A stretch of DNA of 64,000 nucleotides. It comes from Bythopirellula sp. Its GTDB lineage: Bacteria; Planctomycetota; Planctomycetia; Pirellulales; Lacipirellulaceae. Positions 11,039 through 21,175 of the stretch are shown here, piece by piece. Made by a program: the position numbers and the translations under genes. Every line of letters starts with the position of its first letter. The first letter of the stretch is position 1. The DNA is taken from the NCBI GenBank assembly GCA_965216565.1, contig OZ244170.1, forward strand, positions 1,792,001-1,856,000, given 5' to 3'. The notes under the pieces are model-generated. The model did no database searches and was not told where the DNA came from. It saw nothing but the letters and a program-made list of their open reading frames with translations.

Positions 11039-11947
11039 TTAGTGAGGATGTACTGCCGCACCGATAAACAGTGCCGACAGAAACGTAAAAATGTAAGCCT
11101 GTAAAAACGCCACAAACAGTTCGAGCATGCTCAAAGCCGTGCCACCGAGAACGCTCGCCAAAGTGACGCTCCCCCAAATTGCATTGCCTGCCCCATAGCT
11201 GGCAGCGATGAAGGCAAGGATCACAGCCAGCACCACGTGACCGGCCATCATGTTAGCCAAGAGACGAACGGCAAGAACTGCGTGTTTAATCACGAGACCC
11301 AAAATCTCGATGACAAATATCAAAGGTATCAGGAAGATCGCAATGGGTTTAGGCAGGTCCATGTGGGGGACTTGGGCTTTCCAAAATCCAACCACGCCTA
11401 GCCGTGCCATGCCGGCACCACAGACCACAATGAACGTAACCAGCGCCAGTGCCCCGGTTACCGCCAAAGCACCGGTCGGCGATCCCACCCAGGGAATCAT
11501 CCCCATTAAATTGCAGCCCAGCACGAACAGAAACATCGTCCACAGGAATGGGACGAATTTGTCACCATCTTGCTTCCCAATGCATGGTCGAGCAATCTCA
11601 TCGCGGAGGAACAGCAGGAATACTTCTAGCATGTTCCACAGCTTGCCTTTGACGTTCGCACCACCCTTAATCCTAGCTGCCAGTATGCAGAACAGCAGGA
11701 TGATCAGCAGTGCCACGACCACTTCAATCACCATAAATTTGGTGAGTTTCAAATCGAGTGGCTTGATCGTGTTATCAATCAATTCGTTGCCGGTCTGCAT
11801 CTCGATCAGTGGCTCATCGAGAAGCAGCGGCTGAGGGAGATTTATGTGCCCATGACTTCCCTCAGGCGCAAGTACCTTCGGCACATGGAAGTACGTTGCG
11901 TCTTCCACGTGGCCAAATAGTTCGTTAGGAGCGAGGGCGTCTGACAT
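11039..11947 (-). CDS. atpB: ATP synthase a subunit
   Basis: LAVRLLANMMAGH and FLQAYIFTFLS motifs. Confidence 0.97.
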   Translation of the reverse strand: MSDALAPNELFGHVEDATYFHVPKVLAPEGSHGHINLPQPLLLDEPLIEMQTGNELIDNTIKPLDLKLTKFMVIEVVVALLIILLFCILAARIKGGANVKGKLWNMLEVFLLFLRDEIARPCIGKQDGDKFVPFLWTMFLFVLGCNLMGMIPWVGSPTGALAVTGALALVTFIVVCGAGMARLGVVGFWKAQVPHMDLPKPIAIFLIPLIFVIEILGLVIKHAVLAVRLLANMMAGHVVLAVILAFIAASYGAGNAIWGSVTLASVLGGTALSMLELFVAFLQAYIFTFLSALFIGAAVHPH

Positions 11948-11975
11948 GGGGAGTTATGAATCTATACAGAATGGA

Positions 11976-12401
11976 TTAATGCGCTTGTTTGCGATTCAAC
12001 ATCGTAACGGACAAAAAAGTTTCAACAGCTAAGGCAACCATATAAAACAGTAGCAAATAAGACACAAAATGCATCTTTTCTAATCCAGTTGTTTTCAATG
12101 CCAGAACTAGGCAAACCAACAGCGGCGGCATCGAACGCAGAGCCATTCCAGACAGAATTGCTCCCATGGCATGCGGAGTTCCAAGAAAGCGATGACTCAC
12201 AGCTAACGCCAGGAGAGAGGGCAACAAGCAAAGAAGACTTGCCACACTACATTCGATCAAGCCGCGAACCCCCTGCAGCCAATAAGCCACCGGTAGTGTC
12301 AGCATCAGGACCAAAATTAACGCGCTTGCAAGAACCGCGGAGTTTGGTGCGAGACGACCGCTACTCAACTTCGATGTCCAGTTTTCTACTATCTGACTCA
12401 C
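11976..12401 (-). CDS. Four-TM membrane protein, AtpI-like
   Basis: Four hydrophobic segments; lies directly upstream of atpB. Confidence 0.65.
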   Translation of the reverse strand: MSQIVENWTSKLSSGRLAPNSAVLASALILVLMLTLPVAYWLQGVRGLIECSVASLLCLLPSLLALAVSHRFLGTPHAMGAILSGMALRSMPPLLVCLVLALKTTGLEKMHFVSYLLLFYMVALAVETFLSVTMLNRKQAH

Positions 12402-12419
12402 AGAGTCGAAATCCTCTTA

Positions 12420-12671
12420 TCAGCTGTTATTCGCTGAGTCGTCGTTCTGATGATTATTGGACGACGATCGAGCCAACTTAATCAGTTGCATAATGGCTGC
12501 GGTGCAACCTAGGGCAAATCCAATCAACATGAACAAAGCAACCGTACCGAGTTTTTGATCCAGCCAATATCCTGCTAGACCGGGAAGCACCATCACCATG
12601 GAAATGGTCATGGTTCGGGTGGCCCATTCTGAAGCCCGAGCCATCGGTGAGCGGCTGTCAGGCGAGTCCAT
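12420..12671 (-). CDS. AtpZ/AtpI family protein (ATPase gene 1)
   Basis: GLAGYWLDQKLGT motif and two TMs; first gene of the atp operon. Confidence 0.85.
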   Translation of the reverse strand: MDSPDSRSPMARASEWATRTMTISMVMVLPGLAGYWLDQKLGTVALFMLIGFALGCTAAIMQLIKLARSSSNNHQNDDSANNS

Positions 12672-13458
12672 ATCGCGGAAAATCCTTCAAAAAGCCAAGC
12701 CACACAGGAAGGATCGCCAAAGGTTGGCGACTCCGGCTTTGCCCGCAGGCTTTGCTTCTTTTCTCACGTTTGACCTTGGGCCCCACGATTGCGGACTAAT
12801 CTAATTCGCCCTTCGGATTGCGCAAAGGGGAATTCGTGCATTTTTTCACAAAGTATCTTCCAGACTCTAAAAACCGTACTGAAACCTCTTTTTCGCGCTG
12901 CTGCCCACAGGTTGCGAAAACGAACTTTCAGGTCGCCAATCAGGTTCCAAAGCCGACTTCATTAGATAGCTCTTCCATGAATTGCAATCTATGTAACATG
13001 TTGTAATTAAAGACTTTAGAACATGGACTCGTTTCGAAAAACTTGCGAATTATCGATTTTGCGAGTATTATCTATTTTGACGAATCTAATGACCTGTCGC
13101 GAGTATCGAACTCCTGAAGACGGGCGGGGCATCTGGAATTGTGGGATTGGTGAGATTGGGTCGACATGCGCTCCATGCGGTGGAGTGCGGCTTGAATTCT
13201 AACTTTATCTTGCGCTCCGTTGTCTTTCCAAACTTCAACGTGATCGCGCGGGAACAGTCCAATTTTCTCCCCAGACGGACTTAGATTCCCCCCACACGCC
13301 ACCGGCTGGCTAGGGAAGACCGGCAGTGCATCCAACGCAGTGTGCCCTTATTTTTGGGGCCGCGGCCACTGGTTGCACTTAATTCTATCAGGGACGATAC
13401 CCCCCCTCCGGGGCCTAAGTCCCGGAGAACCTTCCACCGTGAGAGGTTCTCGATAGCA

Positions 13459-14559
13459 ATGACAGCCGCAACCCTACGTTCACATACCGCCAGAGATTTG
13501 GCCCACATTGCTCGCCAAAACGGAGTTACCGGTTGGCACTCTATGCGCAAGGAAGAGCTTATCAAAGCGCTCGTCAAGCTAGCCCGCAAGCGCGCGCTCA
13601 ATACCTCGCTGACCAATGGCGAAGTTTCGTCGGTCAATGCAAGTAAGGCAAACGGAGATCAAGGCAAAACAGTCGATCCCGAAGTACAGAAAAGGATCGA
13701 CCAACTAAAGAGCAAACTGGCCACAGCCAAGAATATCGCCGCCAGTACCCGCTCCGCAAGCGAGACCGAACCACAGCATGATCGGCTAGTGGTCATGGTG
13801 CGAGACCCCTATTGGCTTCATGCCGTTTGGGAACTTTCGCAGCGAAGCGTGGATCGCGCCCGTGCCGCTATGGGACAGCGTTGGCACAAATCGAAACCGA
13901 TCCTGCGAGTTTTTCGCATCAAAGAAGCGGGAGCATCTTCCCACGAGAAGGACATTCAAATCCACGGCGGCGTGAGCAATTGGTACGTCGACGTAGAAAA
14001 TCCCCCTTGCCAATTCCGCATGGAAATCGGCTATCAGTCGGAAGACAGATCGTTCTACTGCCTTGCTCGCAGCAATACGGTGAAAACTCCTCCCTCGGGG
14101 ACCAGTGATGCCGTCGACGAAAACTGGACCGATGTCGCAGAAAACGCAGATCGCATCTACGCCATGAGTGGCGGCTATACCCCCGGTGGCACAAGCCGCG
14201 AGCTACAAGAACTGCTTGAAGAACGGCTGAGAAGACCCTTGGGTTCGCCCATGAATACGCGGTACGGACAGGGAGCTGCTGGTTTGTCCTCCACGGACGA
14301 CAGCATGCGGTTTGCCGTCGATGCCGAGGTGATTGTCTACGGAGCCATTAACCGTGATGCTCACGTCACGCTGAAGGGCGAACCCGTCCAGCTTCGCGCT
14401 GATGGCACCTTCGCGGTTCGGCTCAGTTTGCCGGACCAACGCCAGGTGATCCCTATTGTCGCTAGTTCTAGCGACGGCGTGGAACAACAAACGGTGATCC
14501 TTGCCGTTGAGCGGAATACGAAGCTGATGGAACCGGTAGTTCGCGATATCACGCGGTAG
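13459..14559 (+). CDS. DUF4912 domain protein with Rho-N-like N-terminus
   Basis: DLAHIARQNGVTGWHSMRKEELI (Rho_N-like); RLVVMVRDPYWLHAVWE and NWYVDV (DUF4912); ATG 13459 with GAGAGG upstream. Confidence 0.8.
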   Translation: MTAATLRSHTARDLAHIARQNGVTGWHSMRKEELIKALVKLARKRALNTSLTNGEVSSVNASKANGDQGKTVDPEVQKRIDQLKSKLATAKNIAASTRSASETEPQHDRLVVMVRDPYWLHAVWELSQRSVDRARAAMGQRWHKSKPILRVFRIKEAGASSHEKDIQIHGGVSNWYVDVENPPCQFRMEIGYQSEDRSFYCLARSNTVKTPPSGTSDAVDENWTDVAENADRIYAMSGGYTPGGTSRELQELLEERLRRPLGSPMNTRYGQGAAGLSSTDDSMRFAVDAEVIVYGAINRDAHVTLKGEPVQLRADGTFAVRLSLPDQRQVIPIVASSSDGVEQQTVILAVERNTKLMEPVVRDITR

Positions 14560-14608
14560 ACCTCAATGGGCAATCGTGCTCCAATGCACCCTAAGGGAGT
14601 GTCATTTC

Positions 14609-15454
14609 ATGAGCACACAATCATCTACTGCGACCGCTGATCAGTTAGTTACCAACTTAGCTGAGTTGGGCAGCTGTATCGTGGCGTTCTCTGGGGGTGT
14701 CGATAGCGCGGTGGTTGCCAAGGCAGCGCACTTGGCCTTGGGAGATCGTGCCATTGCCGTCACCGGCGTCAGTGCAAGTCTGGCCCAAGGGGAATTGCAA
14801 ACAGCCGAGCGAATCGCCAAGGCCATCGGCATTCGCCATCTCACGAGTGATACCGAAGAGCTAAACAACGCCGAATACCTGGCTAACCGTCCGAATCGCT
14901 GCTGGCATTGCAAGGACGAACTCTACGGGCAGCTTGCACGTCACGCGACAGAACTGAAGTGCCAATGGATTGTCAATGGTGCCAATGTCGACGACCTGGG
15001 TGATTTTCGACCTGGCATGAAAGCAGCCGCCGAGCACAATGTGCGCAGCCCTCTGGCAGAATGTGGGATCGATAAGGCCACTGTTCGCGAGCTGGCCCAA
15101 AGCTGGGACCTCGAAGTCTGGGACAAACCCGCAACGCCATGCCTCTCTAGCCGAGTTGTCTACGGCTTGGAGATAACGCCCGCACGACTGGCCAGAATCG
15201 ATGCTGCCGAGCAATTCCTACGCAATCAAGGGCTCGACGGTGTTCGGGTCCGTTACCACCAGGATGACTTAGCTCGACTCGAAGTATCTCTGGAAGACCT
15301 CCCCAAGCTAACAGCCGGCACGCTTCGGGCGCAGATTGCCAAACGCTTCAGACAGCTTGGCTTCAAGTATGTGACGCTAGATTTGGAAGGCTTTCGTAGT
15401 GGCAGTTTTCATCAGCTTGTGCCCAGTGAAGAGCTTGTTTCACTGAAATTCTAG
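14609..15454 (+). CDS. larE: ATP-dependent sacrificial sulfur transferase LarE
   Basis: PP-loop AFSGGVDS, RCWHCK, DFRPG, PCLSSR and DLEGFRSGS motifs. Confidence 0.9.
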   Translation: MSTQSSTATADQLVTNLAELGSCIVAFSGGVDSAVVAKAAHLALGDRAIAVTGVSASLAQGELQTAERIAKAIGIRHLTSDTEELNNAEYLANRPNRCWHCKDELYGQLARHATELKCQWIVNGANVDDLGDFRPGMKAAAEHNVRSPLAECGIDKATVRELAQSWDLEVWDKPATPCLSSRVVYGLEITPARLARIDAAEQFLRNQGLDGVRVRYHQDDLARLEVSLEDLPKLTAGTLRAQIAKRFRQLGFKYVTLDLEGFRSGSFHQLVPSEELVSLKF

Positions 15455-15457
15455 CCA

Positions 15458-16048
15458 CTATTTTCGCATAGCCCGAAACATTCCCCGACCGCCCTCGATG
15501 GGATCAAGCCCCCGCTCTTCGCGACGGTCGTTGAGCATGTCTTTGAATTTGTCGAACTTGGCACGCATTTCGGGCGTGGTTTTGTCGAGCATTTCCTTAC
15601 GCCGCTGATCGCGGTCGGCGTCTGACATATTCTTCCTATTCCCTCCCGGCCCACCTTGGCCTCTGCCTTGGCCATCGGCATCGCGAGAGGCCTTCCGTTG
15701 TTCCATCCGATCGATGATCTCGTCCAATTTCTCGTTTTGCTCTTCAGGGGACATTTCGAGAAACTTGTTCATCCGATCGAGCATCATCTTCTGAAAAATG
15801 GGGCGGCTGCTTTCAAAGAATTGCTTCTTTTGTGCTTCGGTCAGCTCACCGATGCGATCTCGAAAATTGCCCCATTGGTCTCGTCGTTCTTGGTCGGACA
15901 TTTGGTCCATTCGGCCAATGTTTTCATCTCTCATTTTTTCCAACTCTGCAACCTGCGGATCCATGCCGCTAAACATGCCCAAGGCCCATGCTGCGCTGAG
16001 ACCGACGATCACAAAGACACCCATCAGTGTCATCTTATTGTTTTCCAT
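15458..16048 (-). CDS. Hypothetical membrane-anchored helical protein
   Basis: N-terminal TM, charged helical repeats (MSDQERR, LTEAQKK, MSPEEQN, MSDADRD); GGGAG RBS. Confidence 0.75.
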   Translation of the reverse strand: MENNKMTLMGVFVIVGLSAAWALGMFSGMDPQVAELEKMRDENIGRMDQMSDQERRDQWGNFRDRIGELTEAQKKQFFESSRPIFQKMMLDRMNKFLEMSPEEQNEKLDEIIDRMEQRKASRDADGQGRGQGGPGGNRKNMSDADRDQRRKEMLDKTTPEMRAKFDKFKDMLNDRREERGLDPIEGGRGMFRAMRK

Positions 16049-16083
16049 GGCATCACTCCCTCGGTTTGAATTTTCTCAATATT

Positions 16084-16719
16084 TTATTCGGCAACGATCA
16101 GAGCATCGACATGCCCGTCGAGGTATAGGAAATTTCTGGAACCGTTATCACCTGGCGAACCGTGAAAAGATTCGAAGTCATAGACAATCCAAAACTCGTG
16201 CGTGCCCCGTGTGGCTCCGCTGCGACGATTGACAACTTGTTGACGTGTTCGACCTTCTAACCGGAAAGAAGGATACTCGTAACTGCTGCCTTCGTTATTG
16301 AAGTAGGAATCACCGGGCTGATAGTCAGCACCATCGAATTCCCGCACGTAGCCATCGTAAGCGGCCGTATCAGTTGTGGGGTTCAGTGGGCCATAGTCGT
16401 TGGGGCACCGATAGATCTCACGATTGTTTTCGCCGTAGCCTGCCAAGATTTTGTGTAGCGGCCACGTGCTTTTGTCGTTCTCGTCAAATGGTGTGACGGA
16501 CGACAAAATCGCAGCTTCGGGAAACTCTCCCCGCTCTCCTTGGGCATCGAGGTACTGAGTGAGGGCGAGCCCAATTTGGCGAAGGTTGGAGATACACTGG
16601 GTCCGGCGACTAGCTTGCCGCGCCTCTTGTACCGCAGGCAGAAGCAATCCAATGAGCACCCCAATGATTGAGATCACCACTAGCAACTCCACCAAGGTGA
16701 ATGCATGCGATTTCCTCAT
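16084..16719 (-). CDS. Prepilin-type N-terminal methylation / DUF1559 / H-X9-DG protein (short)
   Basis: [40 protein letters not shown] and H...NFLYLDGHV. Confidence 0.9.
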   Translation of the reverse strand: MRKSHAFTLVELLVVISIIGVLIGLLLPAVQEARQASRRTQCISNLRQIGLALTQYLDAQGERGEFPEAAILSSVTPFDENDKSTWPLHKILAGYGENNREIYRCPNDYGPLNPTTDTAAYDGYVREFDGADYQPGDSYFNNEGSSYEYPSFRLEGRTRQQVVNRRSGATRGTHEFWIVYDFESFHGSPGDNGSRNFLYLDGHVDALIVAE

Positions 16720-16960
16720 GGCCTTAAATTCCCTAATCTAATTCCCACAATCTTCTGGATGAGCGGGCACAATCCTAAGTTAAGTCTGCATCTCTCCCGC
16801 AATAGTATGAAACCCGCCGATTATGAAAAGAGTCGGAGAATTCGAAAAAATCATGCGGAAACTTCGGCTAACCTAAGTTCCACACGGTATTCCTAGGCAA
16901 TAGAGGACCCCGGCCACGATTCGTCTCGAGGCCACTTTCAGAAAAATTTCCAGCTTCAGC

Positions 16961-18994
16961 CTACTTGGCAATTACCAACGGGCTGAAGATCACGTACAGA
17001 ATCAGAGTGAGGATCACGCAGATGATCCCGGCCGTTAGCGCCCCCTTGGAGCCACTCAAATCCATGTCAGTTTCGGATTTGAACTCAACGGGTTCTTTCA
17101 GCGGCGCTAACAATCGCATGAGAACCATGACGGCAATGCAGATGCCGAAAACAATGGCCATGCGATTCAAAAACTGCACGGACGGCAAGGCAAACTTAAG
17201 CCCCGCATAACAAACAATACTGGTTAGAAGTCCAACTACACCTGCAGACCGAGGGCAACGCCTCAGAATAAGACCGACTACAAAGACCGCTAAGATTCCC
17301 GGTGAGATCAAACCTTGCGATTCTTGGATGATTGTGAAGATCGAATTAGAGATGTTTGGGTCTCCCAGCGCTGGCGCTAGTAAGCAAGCAATCACTGCAA
17401 ACACCACTACTGCAACGCGTCCCAGGAAAACGATGGTCGACTGCGAAGCATCTGGCATTGCATACTTGTGCAGTAGATCGAGCGTAAATATAGAAGAAGC
17501 CGCATTGAGCATCGCCGCCAGTGAGCTGATTACCGCCCCCAACAAAGCTGCGAGAACAAACCCAAATAGCCCCTTGTTCTGTGGGAGCATGCCCAGGAGA
17601 TTTCCTAATGCCGTGTCGTACTTATATGCCACCAGGGCTTGGGATGTAGTCTCTTTGTTGGCGTCAGCAGCCGCCTCGGTTATCGCCTCGTTGTGAGCGT
17701 CTACTTCCGCCGCTAACTCTGGATTGACATGTTTCCAAGCATGGTCTTCCGAGTGACTAAACGTCTGATGCTCTCCAGGCTCAGCATCTTCGAATTCTGT
17801 AGCCAATATCGAGAGCACGTAGGTATTCTCGTTCTCTGCCTCTTTCAACGAATCCTCGTCCTCGAAAACAGCGAGCAAATACGCGGGCCCCTGATGGCTT
17901 TCAATGGTCGCGGCACTGGGAGACTCAACCTTTTGAACATATTGTGTGTCGTCATTGGCCTTGAGATACAAAGTCATCGCTTTAGCTGAGTCACCACGCG
18001 AATCGAGTTGCATCTGTCCGTGAAAAAGATTGAACGCGATGATTCCAGGAATCACAACGACGAAGGGAATCACTAATTTCAAGAAAGCAGAGAAAACGAT
18101 ACCCTTCTGACCTTCCGAAAGAGACGAGGAACCCAGCGTTCGCTGCGTAATGTATTGATTGAGTCCCCAATAGTAAAAGTTGGGAATCCAGAGCCCAAGC
18201 AGCAGAGCGGTCCAAGGCAACACGTTGTCGCTCGCAGGTAAAAACATATTCAGTCGATTGGCATTCAAGTCCATGAATCGGTCCATGGCACCCTGATCGG
18301 CATCGAGTTGACGGATCTCGACTTCACCTGTGGCAACGTCAACAACCGTCGCGGCCTCCTCGGCACTGCCTAGCTGATCAAAGGCAAAGTACATGATAAG
18401 CGCACCACCGATAATCAGTGCCGAGCCTTGCAGCAAGTCAGCCCAGACAGAAGCTTTCAAACCTCCGGAGACAACGTAGATCATTGCGATCAACGCAATA
18501 AATAAAGAAGGTTGCCAGAGTTCAATACTAATACCGAACCGAGCACCAAGTGTCTTCACTGTTAACGCGCCAGAATAAGTGACCGCCCCTAAAAGCAACA
18601 AGTAGATCAAGACCGTTGCCGATGCCATGATCAACCGGGCAGTCGAGTTGAATCGATATTCCAGGAATTCTGGCATCGTGTAGATGCCGGCACGAAGGAA
18701 GTAGGGGAGGAAGCAAAAGGCAACGACGACCAAAGTGATTGCAGCCATCCACTCGTAACTAGCGATCGCCAGGCCTACATGACTCGCGGCGTTACCACTC
18801 ATGCCAACAAATTGCTCGGTGGAGATGTTAGCGGCAATCAGCGAAAAACCAATCAGCCACCAGCTCAATCCGCGTCCCGCCAGAAAGAAGTCTTGTGCAC
18901 TCTTTTCTTCCCCCTTAGACCGGCTCTTCCATAAACCAACTGCTACGACAGCAAGTATGAAACCTACGAATACAACAATATCGACAACGCCCAT
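16961..18994 (-). CDS. Sodium:solute symporter (SSS), sugar-type, with large insertion
   Basis: FFLAGRGLSWW, SLIAANISTEQFVG, YTMPEFLEYRF and NQYITQR motifs. Confidence 0.92.
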   Translation of the reverse strand: MGVVDIVVFVGFILAVVAVGLWKSRSKGEEKSAQDFFLAGRGLSWWLIGFSLIAANISTEQFVGMSGNAASHVGLAIASYEWMAAITLVVVAFCFLPYFLRAGIYTMPEFLEYRFNSTARLIMASATVLIYLLLLGAVTYSGALTVKTLGARFGISIELWQPSLFIALIAMIYVVSGGLKASVWADLLQGSALIIGGALIMYFAFDQLGSAEEAATVVDVATGEVEIRQLDADQGAMDRFMDLNANRLNMFLPASDNVLPWTALLLGLWIPNFYYWGLNQYITQRTLGSSSLSEGQKGIVFSAFLKLVIPFVVVIPGIIAFNLFHGQMQLDSRGDSAKAMTLYLKANDDTQYVQKVESPSAATIESHQGPAYLLAVFEDEDSLKEAENENTYVLSILATEFEDAEPGEHQTFSHSEDHAWKHVNPELAAEVDAHNEAITEAAADANKETTSQALVAYKYDTALGNLLGMLPQNKGLFGFVLAALLGAVISSLAAMLNAASSIFTLDLLHKYAMPDASQSTIVFLGRVAVVVFAVIACLLAPALGDPNISNSIFTIIQESQGLISPGILAVFVVGLILRRCPRSAGVVGLLTSIVCYAGLKFALPSVQFLNRMAIVFGICIAVMVLMRLLAPLKEPVEFKSETDMDLSGSKGALTAGIICVILTLILYVIFSPLVIAK

Positions 18995-19184
18995 ACCTGG
19001 ACCCTTTCGGAAAGCAGATTAAAACCACGCAATTAGAAATGCAGAGTTGCTCTGTAGACATCCCACCCCTGGAATAGCACGTATGATAATTAAAGAACGC
19101 GCGAAGTTCTACTAGGAGAGGCAATCTCCGCTAAAGCGCACAGAATAGGCTAACTTTTCCGATCAGATTCGGCTTGCGCGGGCC

Positions 19185-19880
19185 CTACTTGCTATGGTGA
19201 CGACGACGCACGACCGGCCGGCGGGCAGCTCGGCCACCTGTGGCGTTGTAACCATAATGAATGGCAAACCACTCGGCGTACCGCTCCCGGTCGGTGTAGC
19301 TCGTGTTGCGTTCGTCCAGCAAGTGGCCAAGTTCGTGGATCAATATATTGTTGAGATAGAAGTCTCGAATGGCTTTCTCGCTCCACTTCAATCGCCAGAT
19401 TCCAGGTCCCGGTTCGTCCCAACATCCGCCAAACATTTTCGACTCATTGACCACTTCCGGACGGGGCGGTCGGTGAAATATCTCTTCTAGCGACTCTTCT
19501 AGAGGATAAAGGTAGAGAGTCGCACTCCATTGCATCCCATAACAAGGAAAACTCTGTTTTTTACGAGTCATTGTGCTCATTTGCACCACTTCTAAGTCCT
19601 GCAGAAAGTGCTCTGGAAGCAATGCTAAACGCTGCCTGACATCGCCCGGCGTTAGAATGTGCCGGTATCCAGGTCCTGGGTTTTGGACAAGAACACGATA
19701 ACCATCGACGTCACCCTGTGGCTCGTGCCAATCCTCGGGAGGAGAAAACGGCAGACATTCATTTCGCGTGCCAAACTGGGTGCGTCGGGCGCGCTGCGAC
19801 CAACTGATCTGTGTCTTGGGTGCTTGAGGGGGAGCTTGCCTTGCGGCGGCTTTCGAGTGATAGTGACGACTGTTACGCAT
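19185..19880 (-). CDS. Hypothetical protein with zincin-like HExxH motif
   Basis: LIHELGHLLD followed by ERYAEWFA. Confidence 0.7.
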   Translation of the reverse strand: MRNSRHYHSKAAARQAPPQAPKTQISWSQRARRTQFGTRNECLPFSPPEDWHEPQGDVDGYRVLVQNPGPGYRHILTPGDVRQRLALLPEHFLQDLEVVQMSTMTRKKQSFPCYGMQWSATLYLYPLEESLEEIFHRPPRPEVVNESKMFGGCWDEPGPGIWRLKWSEKAIRDFYLNNILIHELGHLLDERNTSYTDRERYAEWFAIHYGYNATGGRAARRPVVRRRHHSK

Positions 19881-20221
19881 TCGCAGAACCTCAATCTAGT
19901 GTTAGAGTTACCGCGAGACACAGGTGATCAGGCGGATGTACCGAACCGAGGTAGGAGGGCGTTCGGCGCTGCATTGCCCAGGGGAGAAGGTCGTCGGGCC
20001 GCGGACTCCTATATTTATCGTAGGCAGAGACGAGAACTTGCGTCCAACAATTGGCTTAAATGGTTATTTTGAAACAACTTACGAATTAGACACCATCCCT
20101 TCCAGTGGGGGGTTTGGTGGGATTATTAGGGCTCAATCCGTTCTGAGCCTATAACCCAGGCTCCAGAAAACACCTCACCTAAGCGGCCTGCCCTAATTAA
20201 CTACGAGAGATTCGTGCAACT

Positions 20222-20458
20222 GTGAACGTAACTCTATACACAAGAGAAGGTTGCCACCTTTGCGACGATGCGTACAAGACACTCATTGATTTTGGTTTGC
20301 AGCCAACCTTGGTGGACATAGATAAGGACAACGTCTTGCGTGAGCAATTTAACGAGTGTGTGCCTGTCGTAGAGATTGATGGGAAAGTCCGTTTCCGGGG
20401 TCGGGTGCAACCGATTCTCTTGAGACGACTTCTGGCAAACCAGAACTCTGACATTTAG
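20222..20458 (+). CDS. Glutaredoxin-like protein (DUF836)
   Basis: LYTREGCHLCDDA and VPVV motifs. Confidence 0.85.
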   Translation: MNVTLYTREGCHLCDDAYKTLIDFGLQPTLVDIDKDNVLREQFNECVPVVEIDGKVRFRGRVQPILLRRLLANQNSDI

Positions 20459-20497
20459 ACCACTGTTAGGTAACGGCCGAAAGGGCGATAAGAATCT

Positions 20498-21175
20498 ATG
20501 GGGGAACAGCATCTCGGAGTATTTGCCAAATATTGGGAGCCTGGTCAGGTGAAGACGCGGCTTGCTTCATCAATCGGCAAAAAGAAGGCAGCTCTCATAT
20601 ATCGGTCATTTGTCGAGACGACGATCTCCCGGCTATCAACACTTGGCGACCAACGGGTATTGGCATTTACTCCTCAAGAGCAGTCTGTACAAGCAACATT
20701 CAACTCCATCGGAGGTACAGCCTGGCAAGCAGTTCCTCAATCGGACGGCGATCTGGGAAATCGAATGAGGGAATTTCTCACCAGTCGGCTTCATCATGGT
20801 GCCCGCTCCGCCATTCTAGTTGGGACTGATAGCCCCAATCTGCCACTGTCGCTAGTAGAACAATCGTTTCAAAAACTAGACGAGCATGGCGTGGTATTGG
20901 GCCCCACCGAAGATGGTGGCTATTACCTGGTGGGAATTTCAGGCATGGTTCCCCCGATCTTTGAGTCGATTCCTTGGAGCACGACCGATGTGTGGCAGGC
21001 TACAATCAACCGACTAGAAGACGCCGGCATCCGCTACACAACGCTCGAACCCTGGTACGACGTCGACAATGCAGTAGATCTCGATCGACTTCTGTCTGAT
21101 TTGGCAAACTTAGAGAACAGCGATCCAGCTCTGCGGTGCCTGGAAGACCAACTTAAAAAGATCTTAGCGGAATGA
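20498..21175 (+). CDS. TIGR04282/DUF2064 family glycosyltransferase-like protein
   Basis: AKxxxPGQVKTRL, QSDGDLGNRM, GTDSP, GPTEDGGYYL and WYDVD motifs. Confidence 0.88.
   Translation: MGEQHLGVFAKYWEPGQVKTRLASSIGKKKAALIYRSFVETTISRLSTLGDQRVLAFTPQEQSVQATFNSIGGTAWQAVPQSDGDLGNRMREFLTSRLHHGARSAILVGTDSPNLPLSLVEQSFQKLDEHGVVLGPTEDGGYYLVGISGMVPPIFESIPWSTTDVWQATINRLEDAGIRYTTLEPWYDVDNAVDLDRLLSDLANLENSDPALRCLEDQLKKILAE

Noticed and set aside
13342..13458. Upstream GTG start for the DUF4912 gene
   Set aside because: The extension is low-complexity and hairpin-rich; the Rho-N-like domain begins right after ATG 13459
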